Assembly: GCA_001724265.1 (NCBI GenBank)
Contig: MEDY01000061.1
Span: 1-64,000 of the forward strand
DNA from: Rhizaria sp. SCN 62-66
Lineage: Eukaryota
Reading direction: 5' to 3'
DNA: 64,000 nucleotides
The position numbers and the translations under genes are program-made. The notes beneath the pieces are model-generated. The model had not been told where the DNA came from. It did no database searches and saw nothing but the letters and a program-made list of their open reading frames with translations. Numbering within the stretch: position 1 is the stretch's first letter; every line of letters begins with the position of its first letter. Shown in pieces: positions 11,701-25,100 of this stretch.

Positions 11701-14700
11701 TCATTGTAAGCGCTCTCAGTAGCGCGCTTCGCAAGAGCGCGTAAATGCGCTTTAGCGTCTTCGTCTAAGGGGGTGGACAAGTCAAAGTCTAAGGGCCACT
11801 TCAGGCCGCCATTAACACTTACAGCGAGGCTAGAGCTGCTTAGATGACCTGATTGTATGCCGATAGCAGCACTCGTACTTGAGCTCGATGTGATAGGGCT
11901 AGTGTTGTTGTTGTTGTTGCCAATGACAGTTGCCACAGCAGCGGCCGCAGTTGCGGCAGTCGTTGCAGCTGCGGCCGCCGCGGCGACAGCGAGCTGATCA
12001 GGGGTGAGGACGGAAAGTAAAGCCGCACTTAGACGTCCCCAGGTACTCAGGTCGTCGTAATCACCCACATCGTGGCGGTTAAGATGACTTAGATGAGTGT
12101 ACGCAATCGAAATTAAGCCGGGGACCCTCTGAACCACAGCCAACACCCACATCACTGCGTCAGTAAGCGCTGCGCAATTTAAGTCAAGCCGTGTCAGCGG
12201 CGAATCAGAGGTAGGTCGCGCGCCCGCGTCAGAAGAGTGGCCGTCGCCGGGCGTTTTCGTGTTCGGTTTCGCGGCTTTGGCCTTCGAAGCCGACTTCGTT
12301 TTCGGAGCCGCCGCGCTCGCACTCGCACTTGAACTAGCCTGTGTGTCGTTGTCAGTGCTGTTCTCGTGTGAGTTTTGACACTTGGCGGCGATTGTCGTCA
12401 GTGCCTTTGATGCGTGATCAAGGTATGCAAGCGCCGCCATCGTCACTGACAGAACGATCGAGCGCGGCTTAACTTCCGCCGCGGCAGAGGTACCCTTGAT
12501 ACTCGTGGTTGCAGGTCCCCTGCTACTGCTACTGCTGCTGTTGCGTACGGTGTGAGTGCCTTCAGAGTCTTGATCAAATTGCACTAACCTGTCGCCAAAC
12601 GAGCCCACCATCTCGCTCCCACTGTCGCTGCCAGCAGTGTCACTACTAACGCTTGATGTTGGCTTGGTGCCTGTCGCTGCGGCAATGATACTCTCGACAG
12701 TCACGACTGAGCTCCTCGTCAGCAGCCACGATGAAGTTAAGCTGTCTTGAGAAGCGGGAGTTAAGCCGTCTTGCGCTGAAGAGGAGTTTAAGCCGCTAGC
12801 TGACAAAAGTAAAGTCGAGTGCGCAGCCCAGAGAGAACGCATGGCGGCTTGACTTTGAACTGACACGCTGAACAGCGTCGTCGCAACTGCGGTTGCAGCA
12901 GTCTTCCGCTCTTGCTCCTGCCCCTGCCCCTGCCCTTGCTCATGTTCGTGTTTCACACGAGCAAGCGTGCAACACGTATTCGTGGTGGTTGTGAGCGTCA
13001 CTGTGACAGGAACGTTATTGCTGACGAGACGGAGACCATTAACAGTGATTACCCTTGCATTGCCACCCACATCGTCATCACTGCCGTTGTCTATATTCGG
13101 GCCATTCGGAGCAGTTGCATCATAGTCGTTGCTGTTGAAATTAGTTGCCTTGTTGCTGCTCATATTATAAGCCGCAGCGCGGAGACACTTAGATTTGAGC
13201 ATGCCGCCGCCGTTGGACGACATCAGCCGACTCATGACGCGAGCGCGCTCCCAGTAACTCAAGCCGCAAGGGATCGATGTTACGCCGCTTCCTTGCGATG
13301 ACAAGGGAGTAAAGCCGCTTCCGAGCTTCAATTTTTCTTTCGCAGCAGCGTTGTTGCTCGGCTTAACGGGAGTGACGTTTGCGTTGCCAAGTGAAATGAT
13401 ATAAAGCAGACGCGTTTCGACCATCGATGCAGCGGCAGCACTGCTCGCAGCTGCGGTGGTGCTGCGAGCGTGAGCGTTGATGCTGCTGACGAGGACTAGC
13501 AGCCACTCGACGAACAGCATGCTGCCCGCACTCGCGCCCGCGCCGTCACGAGTACTTGCGTTGCTTTGACTCGTGTGGGTGGCATTTGCCGCGTAAGTAA
13601 TTGTGGGCGGCACAGGTGTAAGTAGCACGGCAGGAAACAACGACACGACCAAGTCTAAGTACCACAGCACGGATCCCCACATGGACCACGCCTGATCGCA
13701 GTGCGCCGACTCGCCGTCACGCGCAATGACAGCAGCGCTGATAGCGTCATCACGCACGCCCGCACTCGTAGCGGCTGGGTTGTTCTCGTGCGCTTTGCGA
13801 GCATTCGGCGCAGCTGGGGCGAGAGCGGTGATCTTCGTCGCGTTCACGGCCGCGGCCACAACCGCCGCCAACAAGTCGCCCCGGCACAGACACAGGGACA
13901 GCCTCAGCACCAGCCGTCCCGCCAGCGTGGCGTCGGCCTCGGAGGCGGGACCGAAAAAAGCGGAGCCCGCGGCCGCAAATGCGTTGTTCTGCTGTGCCGC
14001 GGCGGTATTGAGGGCCCCGACCGATGCCAATGCTGACTGCAGTTGCGACTAAGGCCGAGACTGCTGAGACTGTGGCTGTTTGGCCTTGGCGCACGCACCA
14101 GCTTTGCCCGCTTGCTTGCCGACGCCCGCACTCGCTCCCGCACTTGAGAGGCTCACGTTGTTGTTGGCGCTGGCGCTGGAAGCAAACGACACAGGCAGGC
14201 CGTTGGGCAGCAAGGCGGGGGTGGCGGCGGCGGCGGCAACCGTGGGGATCAGCATCACTAAGGGGGTACTTACATCGCCGCCAGCGACCCCACTCGCACT
14301 CGCGCTCGCATTAGCATTAGCATTAGCAGTAGCATTTGCAACAGCGTTTGAGTCAGCACCACTGCGAGCAACTGCGCCAGCCGTGTTTGTGTAGGCAAAA
14401 GGCAGTGAAGGCAGTGCGAATGCTGACACTAGCGAGGCCACAGCTAAAGGCGAGTAACTAAGAGTGGCTTGACTTCCTGAAGACGCGGCTTGACTTATCG
14501 CAGTGCGCTCTAAGGGGGCAGCGGCTGTGACGAAGGCGGTTGCAGCAGAAGTAGCAGCAATGGTGCCAATTGATGGGTGGCAAAAGGCGGCTAACAACGA
14601 AGCCATGTCGTTGTTATGTGCATTACTCGTGATAGTTTTCAGAAATGCAAGTGCCCTCTTGGCGTCCAAGTCAAGCGCGGCGGCACAGCTATCGTCGTCT

Positions 14701-17700
14701 AAGGGGCTGGCGGCACTTACACCTCCGCTACTTAGACTCGTGCTGGGGAACAGAGATGCGCCCTGGGTGACGACGGCAGGCGTCGCAACTGCTAAGTGCG
14801 CTGCGACGAGACTCAGTGCCCCATCCCTTACACTGTCTAAGTGCTCATTCACACCTGCGTCATCAGCGTTCCTCGGCTTCTTATCTGCCGCGGTCGAAAC
14901 ACTTAGATGCGCACCGCTTAGACTAGCCTGCGCTGCGATAGCTGTCTGTAAAGCTGAGTGGATGTGCTTTTTGTTCTCAATCAAGGCGGCTAGACTTTTG
15001 CGCGAGTCCGAAGTCAGGCCGCACAGCAGAGCAAAGAACACGCGGCCACGGTCACTGATGCTACAGCTCAAGCTCGCGACATTCGCGCCACCGCCGCTGC
15101 CGCTGCCGCTTGCGCTCGCGTGGGTGTGTGACGTGCTGTTGGCGCTTGCACTCGCGTTGATCTGACTCGCCGTGTTGTTCGAGTGAGCGCTCACGGTGGC
15201 GGCTAAAGGGGGCACAGGCGGCAGGAGCACGCGGGTAAGTAGCTGCTCAGCCCTGAGAACCCAGAGGCCGGCGCCGGTACTTAGACCAGTTGGGATGCTT
15301 ACGCTTCCAGATGCAGAAGGCAAACTTGTTTGACTGTGAGTGTAAGTACCTGCGTTGCGATTGTTACTGGGGTGCTGATGTAGCAAAGAAGTTGTCGCAG
15401 AGTAAAGAAGTTTAGCCGCATGAGCGCTTGATTTAAGTGAAGTCGCCTCGTCGTCAAGATTGATCGCTTCTACGTCGCTATTGTCACTCATAGCCACCCG
15501 CTGTTGCTACTGCTGCTGCTGTTGCGTAATCAGCAGCTGCTCTTGCTGCCATGCCCAAAGACTCGAGTCAACCGCATTGACACTCACGCTCGCATGGGAA
15601 TCGCGAGCGCCGCCGGTGTCGGCGCTAGTAACAATGCCTGCAGCGGCCGCCAAATCCGCTACTGCTGCTGGCACCGACACAGTGGACGCTGTTGTGCTTG
15701 CTGTCAGCGCGGCTGGCACGAGCGCAAGCACCGCTGCTGCTGTCACCGCTGCAACTGCCACTGCCGCTGCTGTTGCTGCCACGGGTGTTGCAGTGTCTAC
15801 ATCGCAGGGCAACTCAGCTTCCGCATCGCAGGGCTTAGCTTCTACAGTCAGCGGCTTCCCTTTCGCCCACGCTGGCACGCAATACATCTTGAATGTAAGC
15901 GCCAAGCCCCTTAGAGCCGCATTGCGCACACTGAGACACTTGTCGCGGCAGCGGCCGGCCAACGCAGTCACCAGTGCAACACCAGCATTGGCACTTGCAC
16001 TCGAGCTAGAGCTAGAGCTAGAGCTAGAACTAGAGCTCGAACTCGTCTCAGGAGCAGTGAGAGCTCTCGTGTTGCTGGCATTGGGTGTGATTGTGTTGAA
16101 CAACGCATGCGGCTTAACTTGCAGCACACTGCTCACAGTCATAACAGCTGCCAGCCGTACGCTCTCGTGCGTGTCTAAGATGCGGCTTAACATAAAATGC
16201 GCGATAGCGGAGCCTGCGAGCGTCGCTGCATTGGGGCACGGCACTCCTAGGCAGAGAGCGTTCAGAGCCTCCTTATCTAAGGGGGTACTTAGACAAGCGT
16301 TAGCGGACGCATCGCCACTAAGTGTGGGAAGCAATAGAAGCAACCCCTTAGATAGCGAGCAGGCGACTGTGCGCACTAAGGGGTTGGGGTCGTTAAGCCG
16401 CGCCAGAAACGAGGAGAATGAAAGCGGCATGATACTGAGCGCTGCCATCAGCAACGCATTGCTGCTGTTGCTGCTGTTGCTGCTGTAGCTGCTGCTGCCG
16501 CCAGCGTTGCTGCTGGCGTTGCTCGCTTCAGTCGCGGCGTTGCTGCCGATGCTAGAGCTTTGAGAGCGAATCGACAGGAGCTTGGCAACACTCGCATCTA
16601 CACCAGGCGTGCCGCTCGTGGTTGCCGACAACGAAACAACCGCCGCCGCTACCGCCGCTTCTGAGACGAAGATGCGGCCGCAAAGCAGGGTATACAACAG
16701 GCGCACGCTGCCGGCGTCTAAGGGGACACTTACATTTCCCGGAGATAATGCTGCGTTAGACTGCGCATGTGATGATGCACTTAGACTGAGGCGTGAAGCG
16801 AGAAACAGATCTAAGGGTGCGACAAGATTCGGCGCGAATGAAAGCAAGCACAGCAGTAGCGACTCCGCAGAGTCACGAGAATTTAGGCCGCTCCCCCTAA
16901 ACGACGAGTACGGATCATCATCACGCTCACAGTCACTGCCTATGTCATCATCGTCGTCGTCGTTGTCGTTGGTGTTGGTGAGACTCGAGTCATACTCGTT
17001 AAAGTCGTACGCATGAGCTGTGTTCACTTTGTTTTTGCTGCTGGTCAAACCTGCGCTGAGACTGTGTTTTGCAGCGCAGCGGTCTTGGTCGAAGTTGATC
17101 CGCCGCTCAAAGTCAAGCCGCGCCGCTTGGCACGCAGCCGCGTGACCGTGGGCTGACGGAGCCAGCACAAACGCGGTCGCAACCGCGCTGCTGCCGCTTT
17201 TCTGACTCTTGCTTGCCTTACTCCCGCTCGTCTGCGTACTCGCGACCGCCGTAATCGGCGGCGTTGGTGCAAGTGCTGCTGTAAGTACCCCTTTGGTCGC
17301 CTTGCGTTCCGTCGATCTAAGTACCTTCCGGAGCAGGCTACTTACAGGCACGGCCAAGTGACTGTGCGCGCCCCTAAGGACCGTCAGCGAGAGCGCGTAG
17401 GTCCCGGCGCCCGCGCTGGCCCGCGCGGCGTCTTCTGTAAGGGTACTTAGATTGCTGTTAACACCCTTAAACGCGTCGCTGACATCTGCGCGCCAGCGGA
17501 GCTGCGGCGTGGTACTTAGACCTCCGTGCGCGGGGGTACTTAGATGCGGGGTACTGAGACTCCACGCCCCCCCGCGGCGGCCGTTGAAGGTGTTGACGGC
17601 GGAGGACACAGCTTCGCTCGCGCGCGCGGTCACGGCAGCCGCAGCGGCGGCCACAGTGTTGCTGCTCAGGTCACTCAGGTTCGCATGAGCGCTGAAGTCG

Positions 17701-19094
17701 CGAATGTGGGCGTTGTTTGCGGAGGCGGCAGTACTAGACACAAGTGGCTGTAAAATGGTTTCAAGCATACCATATGTCAAGCTGCTGTCAGAAGTTAAGC
17801 TGTCCGCCGACTTAATGCCGCTGGTGCCGTCTAAGGGGGTGCTTAGACTGAGGTCCGTAACGATCGCAGTGACAATGTAGGCCGCCGCGGCAGTGACCCG
17901 AGAGAGTAGATGTGACAATGACGGTGGCACCGGCCGCGGCTGTTGCAGCAACAGCAACCAGTGCTGTTGCTCTTGCTGCTGCTGCTGCTGCTGCTGGTGG
18001 TAGTGGTGGTGGTGATGGGGGTGGTCGCTGTCGAGACCTAAGGGGGAGCTTAGACGCTTCATCAGCGGCACTTCAGTGACTGTGAGAGCCTCCTTGGTAC
18101 TTAGGTGCGCGTTGGCACTTACAATGTCGTACAGACACGTACACAGCCTCTCACAAAGCGTCACACCAACACTCGCCCCATTGTCGCCGCTACCGCCGAT
18201 GCCGCGACTGTACCCGTGACCGTGGCCGTGGCCGTGAGTGCTTGTTCCTGACCGGGGCTGCGGTTCTGACTGTGCGAGAGAGCTCAGCAGCGTGGTCAGC
18301 TGGGGCGTCGCAAGCGTCTCCAGCAGCAAAAACACGCGCGTGACAGTGCTTACGGTCTCAATCGTGGAGGCGACCACGTCGGACAGCGGCGTCAGAGGGC
18401 TGAAACCGCACTCGACCGCCACCGCCGCCCCCGTCACTGCGGCAGCCGCAGTCTCAGTCGCTGCGGCTGCCGCAGGCGCAGCTGGCATTGTTGCAGTATT
18501 GTTAGTGTTGGCTGTTGCCGTTGCTGCTGCTTTCGCAAGCGAGTGCTTGTTCGTGGCTGTAGCCAACGTTGCCAAGTCGGGTAAAATGGACAGAAAGAGC
18601 TCAAACGCAGCTTCCAACGCGTCCTCGTCTAAGGGGCTGGCCGCACCAATGTAAGTACCTACAGCAACACCAGTCACCAAGTGCGTCGCAGATGTACTGT
18701 AAGAGCCACTTAGAGCGCTAACACCGCCGCCGCGGCAGTTGGCGGGAACAAACACCCTGAGAACGTCGGCCAAGCAGCAGGCTGTAAGTACGCGGACCCC
18801 CTTAGAGCGGTGCTTAGTGACGAACCGGTCGCTCAGATCGCGCGCTAACGCAACCAACAACGCGCGCGCGCTCGCGTCCGAGCGGGACGGCGTGCTCGGC
18901 AGCGCTGGGAGCCGCGCGAGCGCGCGCGCGTGATGTTTGAGCCGCTGCACGAGCTGCTACGGGGCCAGGCTCCGGTCCAAGGGAGGCAGCGCCTGGAGTT
19001 CAGTCGTGACCAGCAGCGCCGGGTCGGCGGCGGATCCGCTAAACAGGGCACCGGGCAGCGCCTGCGCGGGGGTTGGGGCCGCGGGGAGCGACAT
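8766..19094 (-). CDS. PDS5: Sister chromatid cohesion protein PDS5, single about 3442-aa frame read through three in-frame TAG codons
   Basis: ORFs 18957.., 15507..18950, 14049..15497 and 8766..14030 share one frame and are separated only by TAG. PDS5 blocks occur in the expected order across them: QLVQRLK, KHRSKGVRVLTACCLADVLRVFVP, FLARLNDPNPLVR, RILDTHESVR, RCRDKCLSVRNAALRGLA, ISDRGRVFFALLCGL and PEAVLPLLLLGLARHPDF. Start is the ATG at 19094; the frame ends in TGA. Confidence 0.88.
14049..14051 (-). other. In-frame TAG in PDS5 (probable Gln)
   Basis: KQPQSQQSRP*SQLQSA, a Q/S-rich context; the frame continues for more than 1750 codons. Confidence 0.8.
15507..15509 (-). other. In-frame TAG in PDS5 inside a polyglutamine run (probable Gln)
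   Basis: CAA CAG CAG CAG CAG TAG CAA CAG = ITQQQQQ*QQRV. Confidence 0.85.
18957..18959 (-). other. In-frame TAG in PDS5 (probable Gln)
   Basis: LDRSLAP*QLVQRLKHH, inside the conserved PDS5 N-terminal helix. Confidence 0.8.
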
Positions 19095-19504
19095 GCGGGG
19101 CTGGGGCAGGCCGCAGGGGGCGGGGGAGGTTAGGGCGCGCAAGCTGCGTGCGGTTGGGTTTGGGAAACTGCGCGATAGAAGGGCAAGGTCAAGACTTAAA
19201 AAAATATATATTTGTGGGTTACAAGAAAAAAACATGAAACATATAAATATCAAGTTGAAGCGCTGTTTTACGATCAGTCCATGGAGATATCCATTCATCA
19301 AATATCGCGGGTCGAAGGCGTTGAGTTGCTGTTCTGTCGGTTCGCACAAAAAGATATGGCCACAAACGCACAAACGCGAAGATGAGTCCCCTGCCGCCAC
19401 CACAACGAAAGGTAAGGGCGGGTTTGGGCGAAAGGAGATGAGAAAGCGGGTGTTTGCGGAGAGGTGTGCTAACTTACTAAAGTTACCCGCGTTGTATATC
19501 CACA
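19095..19504. promoter_or_regulatory. Putative bidirectional promoter between PDS5 and La
   Basis: Head-to-head start codons are 410 nt apart, with an AT-rich core. Confidence 0.5.
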
Positions 19505-21322
19505 ATGGCCACCGTACGTTATACACATTTTTATTTTATTTGTCTTCACTGCAGCTTCATAACATGCTCTATTTCCTGAACGCCGTAACTCACTTTAGCC
19601 CCTCTCTTGCTTTCCTGTCCCACCTTCCCTACCCCGCCCTGCTACCCTGGTCCGCGACTGTTTTCCTTCTGCAGACCGCTGATAAGCTCGTCAAGCAGTT
19701 CGAGTTCTACTTCTCCGACTCGAACCTCCCTAACGACAAGTTCCTGAAGCAGGAGCTCGCCGACAACGACGGCTGGGCGCGCCTCTCCGTGCTGGGCTCG
19801 TTCCAGCGCGTCAAGGCCATCGAGACCGACCTCGCGGCCATCGCCGAGGCGCTCAAGACTTCGACCAAGCTCGAGGTGTCCGAAGACGCGCTTAAGGTCC
19901 GCCGCACCGCCGCGCTCGCCGACAACATCGACCTCACCCCCCAGACCATCTTCATCAAGGGCCTCGACGCCGCCTGGTACGTCGCGTAACTCTAATTTCA
20001 GCTCGTAATATCTCCGTGGTATCGCGCATCACAGCAGCAACTCCAAGTTATTTCTGCACGCCAATCACTTAATGAACTTAATTCAATGCGTTAATCACTC
20101 GATCCTCACATATATCTATCCTTTTCCTTTTCCATTATTCTCCATCGATGCGCCTGATCTAGGGGCCTCGACGAGGTGACCAGCTTCCTCGAGTCCAAGG
20201 GCGTCGCCCCCCAGTGCGTCCGCCTCCAGTTCGTCAAGGAGGAGGGCAACAAGAAGCGCACGGGCGCCGCCTGGGTGGAGCTGGCCTCTGCCGACGCCGC
20301 CAAAGCCGCCGCCGAGCTCAAGATCACCGTCGAGGGTGCCGAGGAGCCCCTCTCGATCCAGCTCAAGTCCGCCCTCCAGGACGCCAAGAAGGTACGTATT
20401 CGTGCTCTCAGTAGCAAACATACAAGCCCCATATACAGTATAGCGCACTTTCGACGTCCAAGCATGTCGTATCTTGGAATGGAATCACAATGCTAGTATC
20501 TCTGTGTTCGCTTTCCTCACATTCGCCACTTTCTCTTTCTTTTTTTTCGCCTTGACGACTCCAGGCTGCCAAGGAGGCCGTTGAGGCCGCTGCCGCCGAG
20601 GCCGCCGCCGCTGAGGCCGCCGCTGAGGCCGCCGAGGCCGCTTTCGTCGCCGACCACCTGCTCACGGTCTCCAACCTGGGTGGTGATGCCTCGCGCGAGA
20701 CGATCAAGGGCTGGGTCGAGAAGGCCGGCGCTAAGTCGCAGTACGTCGACTACGAGCGTGGCCTGCCCCAGGTACGTACAGCTAGCGCTAACAGAACAGA
20801 ACGCATGGTGAGATCAGCCTGTCGCCTTGATCTTATCTTGAGTCAACTTGAAGCATTGTTTTCAAGTTGCGCCGTGATAAAACTTTGGTGGTATATCTTG
20901 CTTGTTTCATCAATTAACAACGATATTATTGGTATATTTGGAATTTACATGCTAGTTTTGCATATTTGAACATCACTCATCTCAACGCTCTACGCACACT
21001 TTCCCACTTCTCTCCACTTTTCCATCTATTTGCTGTACTTCCACAGGCAACCATCCGCCTGACCAAGGACGCCTCCGCCCCCAAGGCTGCGGCGGTGGTT
21101 GCCGCGCTGTCTGCGCTGCCCGCGTCCGAGATCTCCGGCGGCGCCGACGGCGCGGCCGTGTTCGCGGTGGTGAAGGCCGACGACGAGGCCAAGGTGTGGG
21201 CTGTGCTCGAGGAGAAGCGCGCCGCGCTCAAGGCCGCCATGGCCGCGCGCGGCGCCCAGGGCCAGGGCGGCAACAAGCGCCGCATGGGCGGCAGCCACGG
21301 CACTAAGCGCACCCGCCGGTAA
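19505..21322 (+). CDS. La autoantigen / SSB-like RNA-binding protein (La motif + RRMs), 5 exons
   Basis: Exons 19505-19513 (9-nt coding first exon, MAT), 19675-19976, 20163-20391, 20565-20771 and 21047-21322. La motif KLVKQFEFYFSDSNLPNDKFL...LEVSEDALKVRR, RRM-like segments, and a basic C-terminal NLS-like KRRM...KRTRR. Ends in TAA. Confidence 0.92.
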
Positions 21323-22146
21323 ATCTATCAAGTGCCGCGGACGAAGCAAAGCGTGTTGTCGTTGGAGGTGAGAGAGTCCTGTCAGTGGGGACTGCTGATT
21401 GTTTTCGCGGGGGATAATGTGAGTTTTTCCTTGTGAAAGTTTTATACTTTAGTAAATAAGCTGATTTTATTAAGACGTGCTGAAAAAATAATACACAACA
21501 AGTGGATATATGTCGCTAAACGCGTTATGCGCGCTTTTGCAGTGCTGTTTTTTTAGGAACCGTACACACCGCAACTCGACTCGTCGACGGGACGAAGGAG
21601 CACGGGGAGGACCAAGCATTGGTTGGCGAACAAGTTAGCTCGCTGATTTATCGTTATTTACGCCTGCGGTCGAAATATGATATAGCCTCGTACAGTATGT
21701 ACTTGACATATCTATAATATATTTGGGGAATGTGTATCTGTCTTGATTGACCCGTCGGGGCGCACGCCTCTGGCCGCAGTACTTTCGCCTATTCCTGCCC
21801 TTGCTCCCGACTCATCCCTCTCCCCGCTGTTGCTCCCCTCTTCTATCCCACCTCTACCGCAGCGCGTTTCTTTTTTCGCGCTTCCTCCGACTCGTTTTTT
21901 CTCGCCCCGCGCGGCCCGTCTCCCCCGCCCCGAGCCTTCCAGGCGCGGCGCGTCCCTCCCCCCTCCGCCCTCTCTGCGGCGCCGGCCACTGCGCCCCCGC
22001 CCCGGCACTCGCGCGCACAGGCGCTGGAGCGCGGGACCGAGCTCTGCCGCGGGCTACCGTTGCGCGCGCGGGCACTCGCACACCGTCTTTGTGCGCGCTT
22101 ATTGCGTACAAACGCAACACAGTTTCCCTTAGCACTCGCACTTGAG

Positions 22147-25100
22147 ATGTCACAGCAACCACCACCGACGCAGGCGCAGCTCCAAGCGCAGCTGCAGTTG
22201 CAACAGCAGCAACAGTTGCTGTATATGCAGCAGCAACATCAGCTGTTGCAGTTGCAGCAGCAACAGCAGCAACAGCAGCAGTCGCCACTGTGGCCGCTAC
22301 AATTGCCGTTGCAGTCTCAGCTTCAGCAGCAGCAGCAGCAGACGTACGCTCCCCAGGTGCCACTGTCTCAGCAGCAACAGCAACAGCAGCAGCAACCGCT
22401 GTCTGTGTCATTGCAGCCGCCGCTGCCGCTGGCGCTGCCTCAGCCTCAGCCTTCGTCTTTGGCTCTGTCACAGTCATCGATGGCGCAGCCGCAAGTGCAG
22501 TCGTTTTCCGTCTTTTCCAACCCCTACCAGCGCAACACTCTACAGCAGCAGCAGCAGCCGCTGCAGCAGCTGTCATTGGGCGGCGCGAGCAGTTCCAGTC
22601 TCAGCAGCCTCAGCACCTCTAGCGGCAGCCTCCTCAGCAACACGCACTCGCACACAGGCTTCGCGCCGCCACAGCACCAACTGCAGCTCCACCACCACCA
22701 CCAGCAGCAGCAGCAGCCCTACACCCACAGCCTTCACACCCGCAGCCAGAGCCAGAGCCAGAGCCAGAACCAGAGCCCGAGTCTAAGCGCCAGCGTCGGC
22801 AGCGTGCACAACGTCACTGCGCGCAATCTAAGTCCCCCGCAGTCGAATGTAAGTGCGCCCGCGTACGCCAGCGCGTCGGCCGCGAGCACCCCCCTCGCCA
22901 GCACGCGCGTCTGTGTAAGTGCCAATGTAAGTGCCCCCGTGAGTGTAAGTGACGACCAGGAACGGCTGCTGCGGCAGCAGCTGCTGCTTGTCGAGCAGCG
23001 CAAGCAGCAGATCAAGTCGCAGCTTCAGCAGCAACAGCTCCAGCAGCAGCAGTCGTCTGCGTCGTTGTCACTGTCCATGTCTCTGCAATCGCCTGTATTG
23101 CAGCAACAACAACACACCCCACGCAGTCAGCTGCTGCTGCAGCAACAGCTCGCGTCACAACTGCAACATCAACAGCAACCGCTGTTCCCTCAGCAGTACC
23201 AGCAGCAGCAACAGCACTGGTTGCAGCAACAGCAGCTGGCACTCCCGACCGGCCCCCTGGATGCCGCCGCGAATGCGGCGTCCACTTTTGACGCCGCGCA
23301 GCGGGAGACTGCGGAGGCCGCCGAGGCCGAGGGCGAGGCCTAGCGCGTGCCACGCGGCCGCAAGGCGCGTCACGAGGCGCTGGCGGCACTGCGGCAGAAC
23401 GTCGAGGCCACTCGCCCGCACCACCACCACCAGCATCACCACCACCATCAACATCACAACAGACACGGCGACCATCTCAGCGGCAGCGGCAGCGGCAGCG
23501 GCAGCCCCCACAGCCACACTAGCCGCGGCAGCAACAGCGCCAACAGCAGCGCGGGGGGCAGCCACGGCAGCCCCCAGGGACACCGCAGCAGCAGCAAGAG
23601 TGGCGGCAATGGCAGCGGCCTAAGTACCACCTTAGCGGGGGCCAGCGCGCCGCGGCTGCGGACGAAGCCAGACAAGTACACGGGGCACTCGCTGTGGCCC
23701 CTTGTAGCACCTTTGGTCCGCAAGCTCCAGGGCCCGACGCTCTACAGCAACTGGCTCATCAAGAACATGCTCATGGTCGGCGCGTACCCGGGGTCGTCCT
23801 TCACTGCCATGCAGGCCGGCAACGTGCTGGCGCTGATGGATCAGGGCATCAGCACCTTTGTGTGCCTGCAGTGGGAGCTGGACCCTATGGAGAGGGACTG
23901 GAAGCGCAAGAATAAGATCCGGCCCTACCACACGCAGATCACGCGGCTCGTCAGGTGCGTTTCGGTTTGTTGGTTTACACGCATATATGCTAAGATATCT
24001 CTTATTTTAAGAAAGTCATAATCTTCACATTTTACCTTATAATGCACTTTGAATTGTGTTTGTTTCCTTATTTATATCTTGTGCTTCTAACTCACTTTCA
24101 TTTTGCTCTTTTCGCTACGACTCGTCGCTTAGGCAAAGGAACCGGTACTTACAGATGGCCGGTGTGCTGCCGACTTACATTCGCGCCGACGGGACCTCCG
24201 CTGAGGCTAGTCCTCCTTGTCAGTCTCTCTTGTACAACAGCAACGCTAGCCCTGCTGATGATGACGACAAAGACACCGACAGTAACAGTCACATGCTCAC
24301 CGATACTGATAACCCTAACGACAGCACTCTCGTTGTTCGCCACAGCAGCAGGGGCGGGGCGACTAAGTACCCTTACAAGTGCGGCGTGATCGACACGCGC
24401 ACTCTCAGCACCGCCGCCTACGCCGACCACGTCGCCCGCAGCGCGCTGCACGAAAGCCAGGCCGCGTCGGCTGCGCAGCTGCTTCACGAGGCCAAGGAAC
24501 GGCTCGCGCAGGCCGCAGCCGCGCTGGGACGCGCGCGCGCGCGCGTGGCACTTATGGCCGCGGCTGCGGTCGCGACGGACATGCGTGGGGCCGCTGGGGA
24601 CGCAGCGGCGGCAGCGGCGGCGGCGGCGGCGGCAAGGACTGTCACCGCGGGCAACCAGGCTGCGGCGGCGATCGTGGTGTGCGACCTCGCCAAGGCCATG
24701 GTGTGGCGGCTTACCTTCCTGCGGTACCGGCGCCACTGCGCGCGGTCGCTGGCGCAGCAGAAGCACGCGCCGCCGCCGCCGCCGCCCTTCCTCGCAGCTG
24801 AGCGCCTCGGCGGCGGCAGTGACGGCTGCGCGCCCTACAGCGTACGTATAGACATTCACTAAAATGAGACTTTGGCGGCATATGTATTACTGAACTAGAA
24901 CGAATTTTAGTTTTATCACAAACATAGTTATTTTATTTTCTAATGCAAGTAATCATCTCGAAGAATGTTTATTTTTGCTCATTGTTATTTCAATATTTGC
25001 TTTCTCTCCCCCACATCACCCTCCCCTCCCTCCGCCCACCGTACACAGTGTCCGCCGCCGCGGTGGCCTCTACACCAGCCCGCGCAGCCGCTGGTGGGTC

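Noticed and set aside
8766-19094. PDS5 as a pseudogene or as several separate genes
   Set aside because: The only interruptions are TAG, the frame is preserved over 10 kb, and the conserved blocks are collinear. Not formally excluded without expression data.
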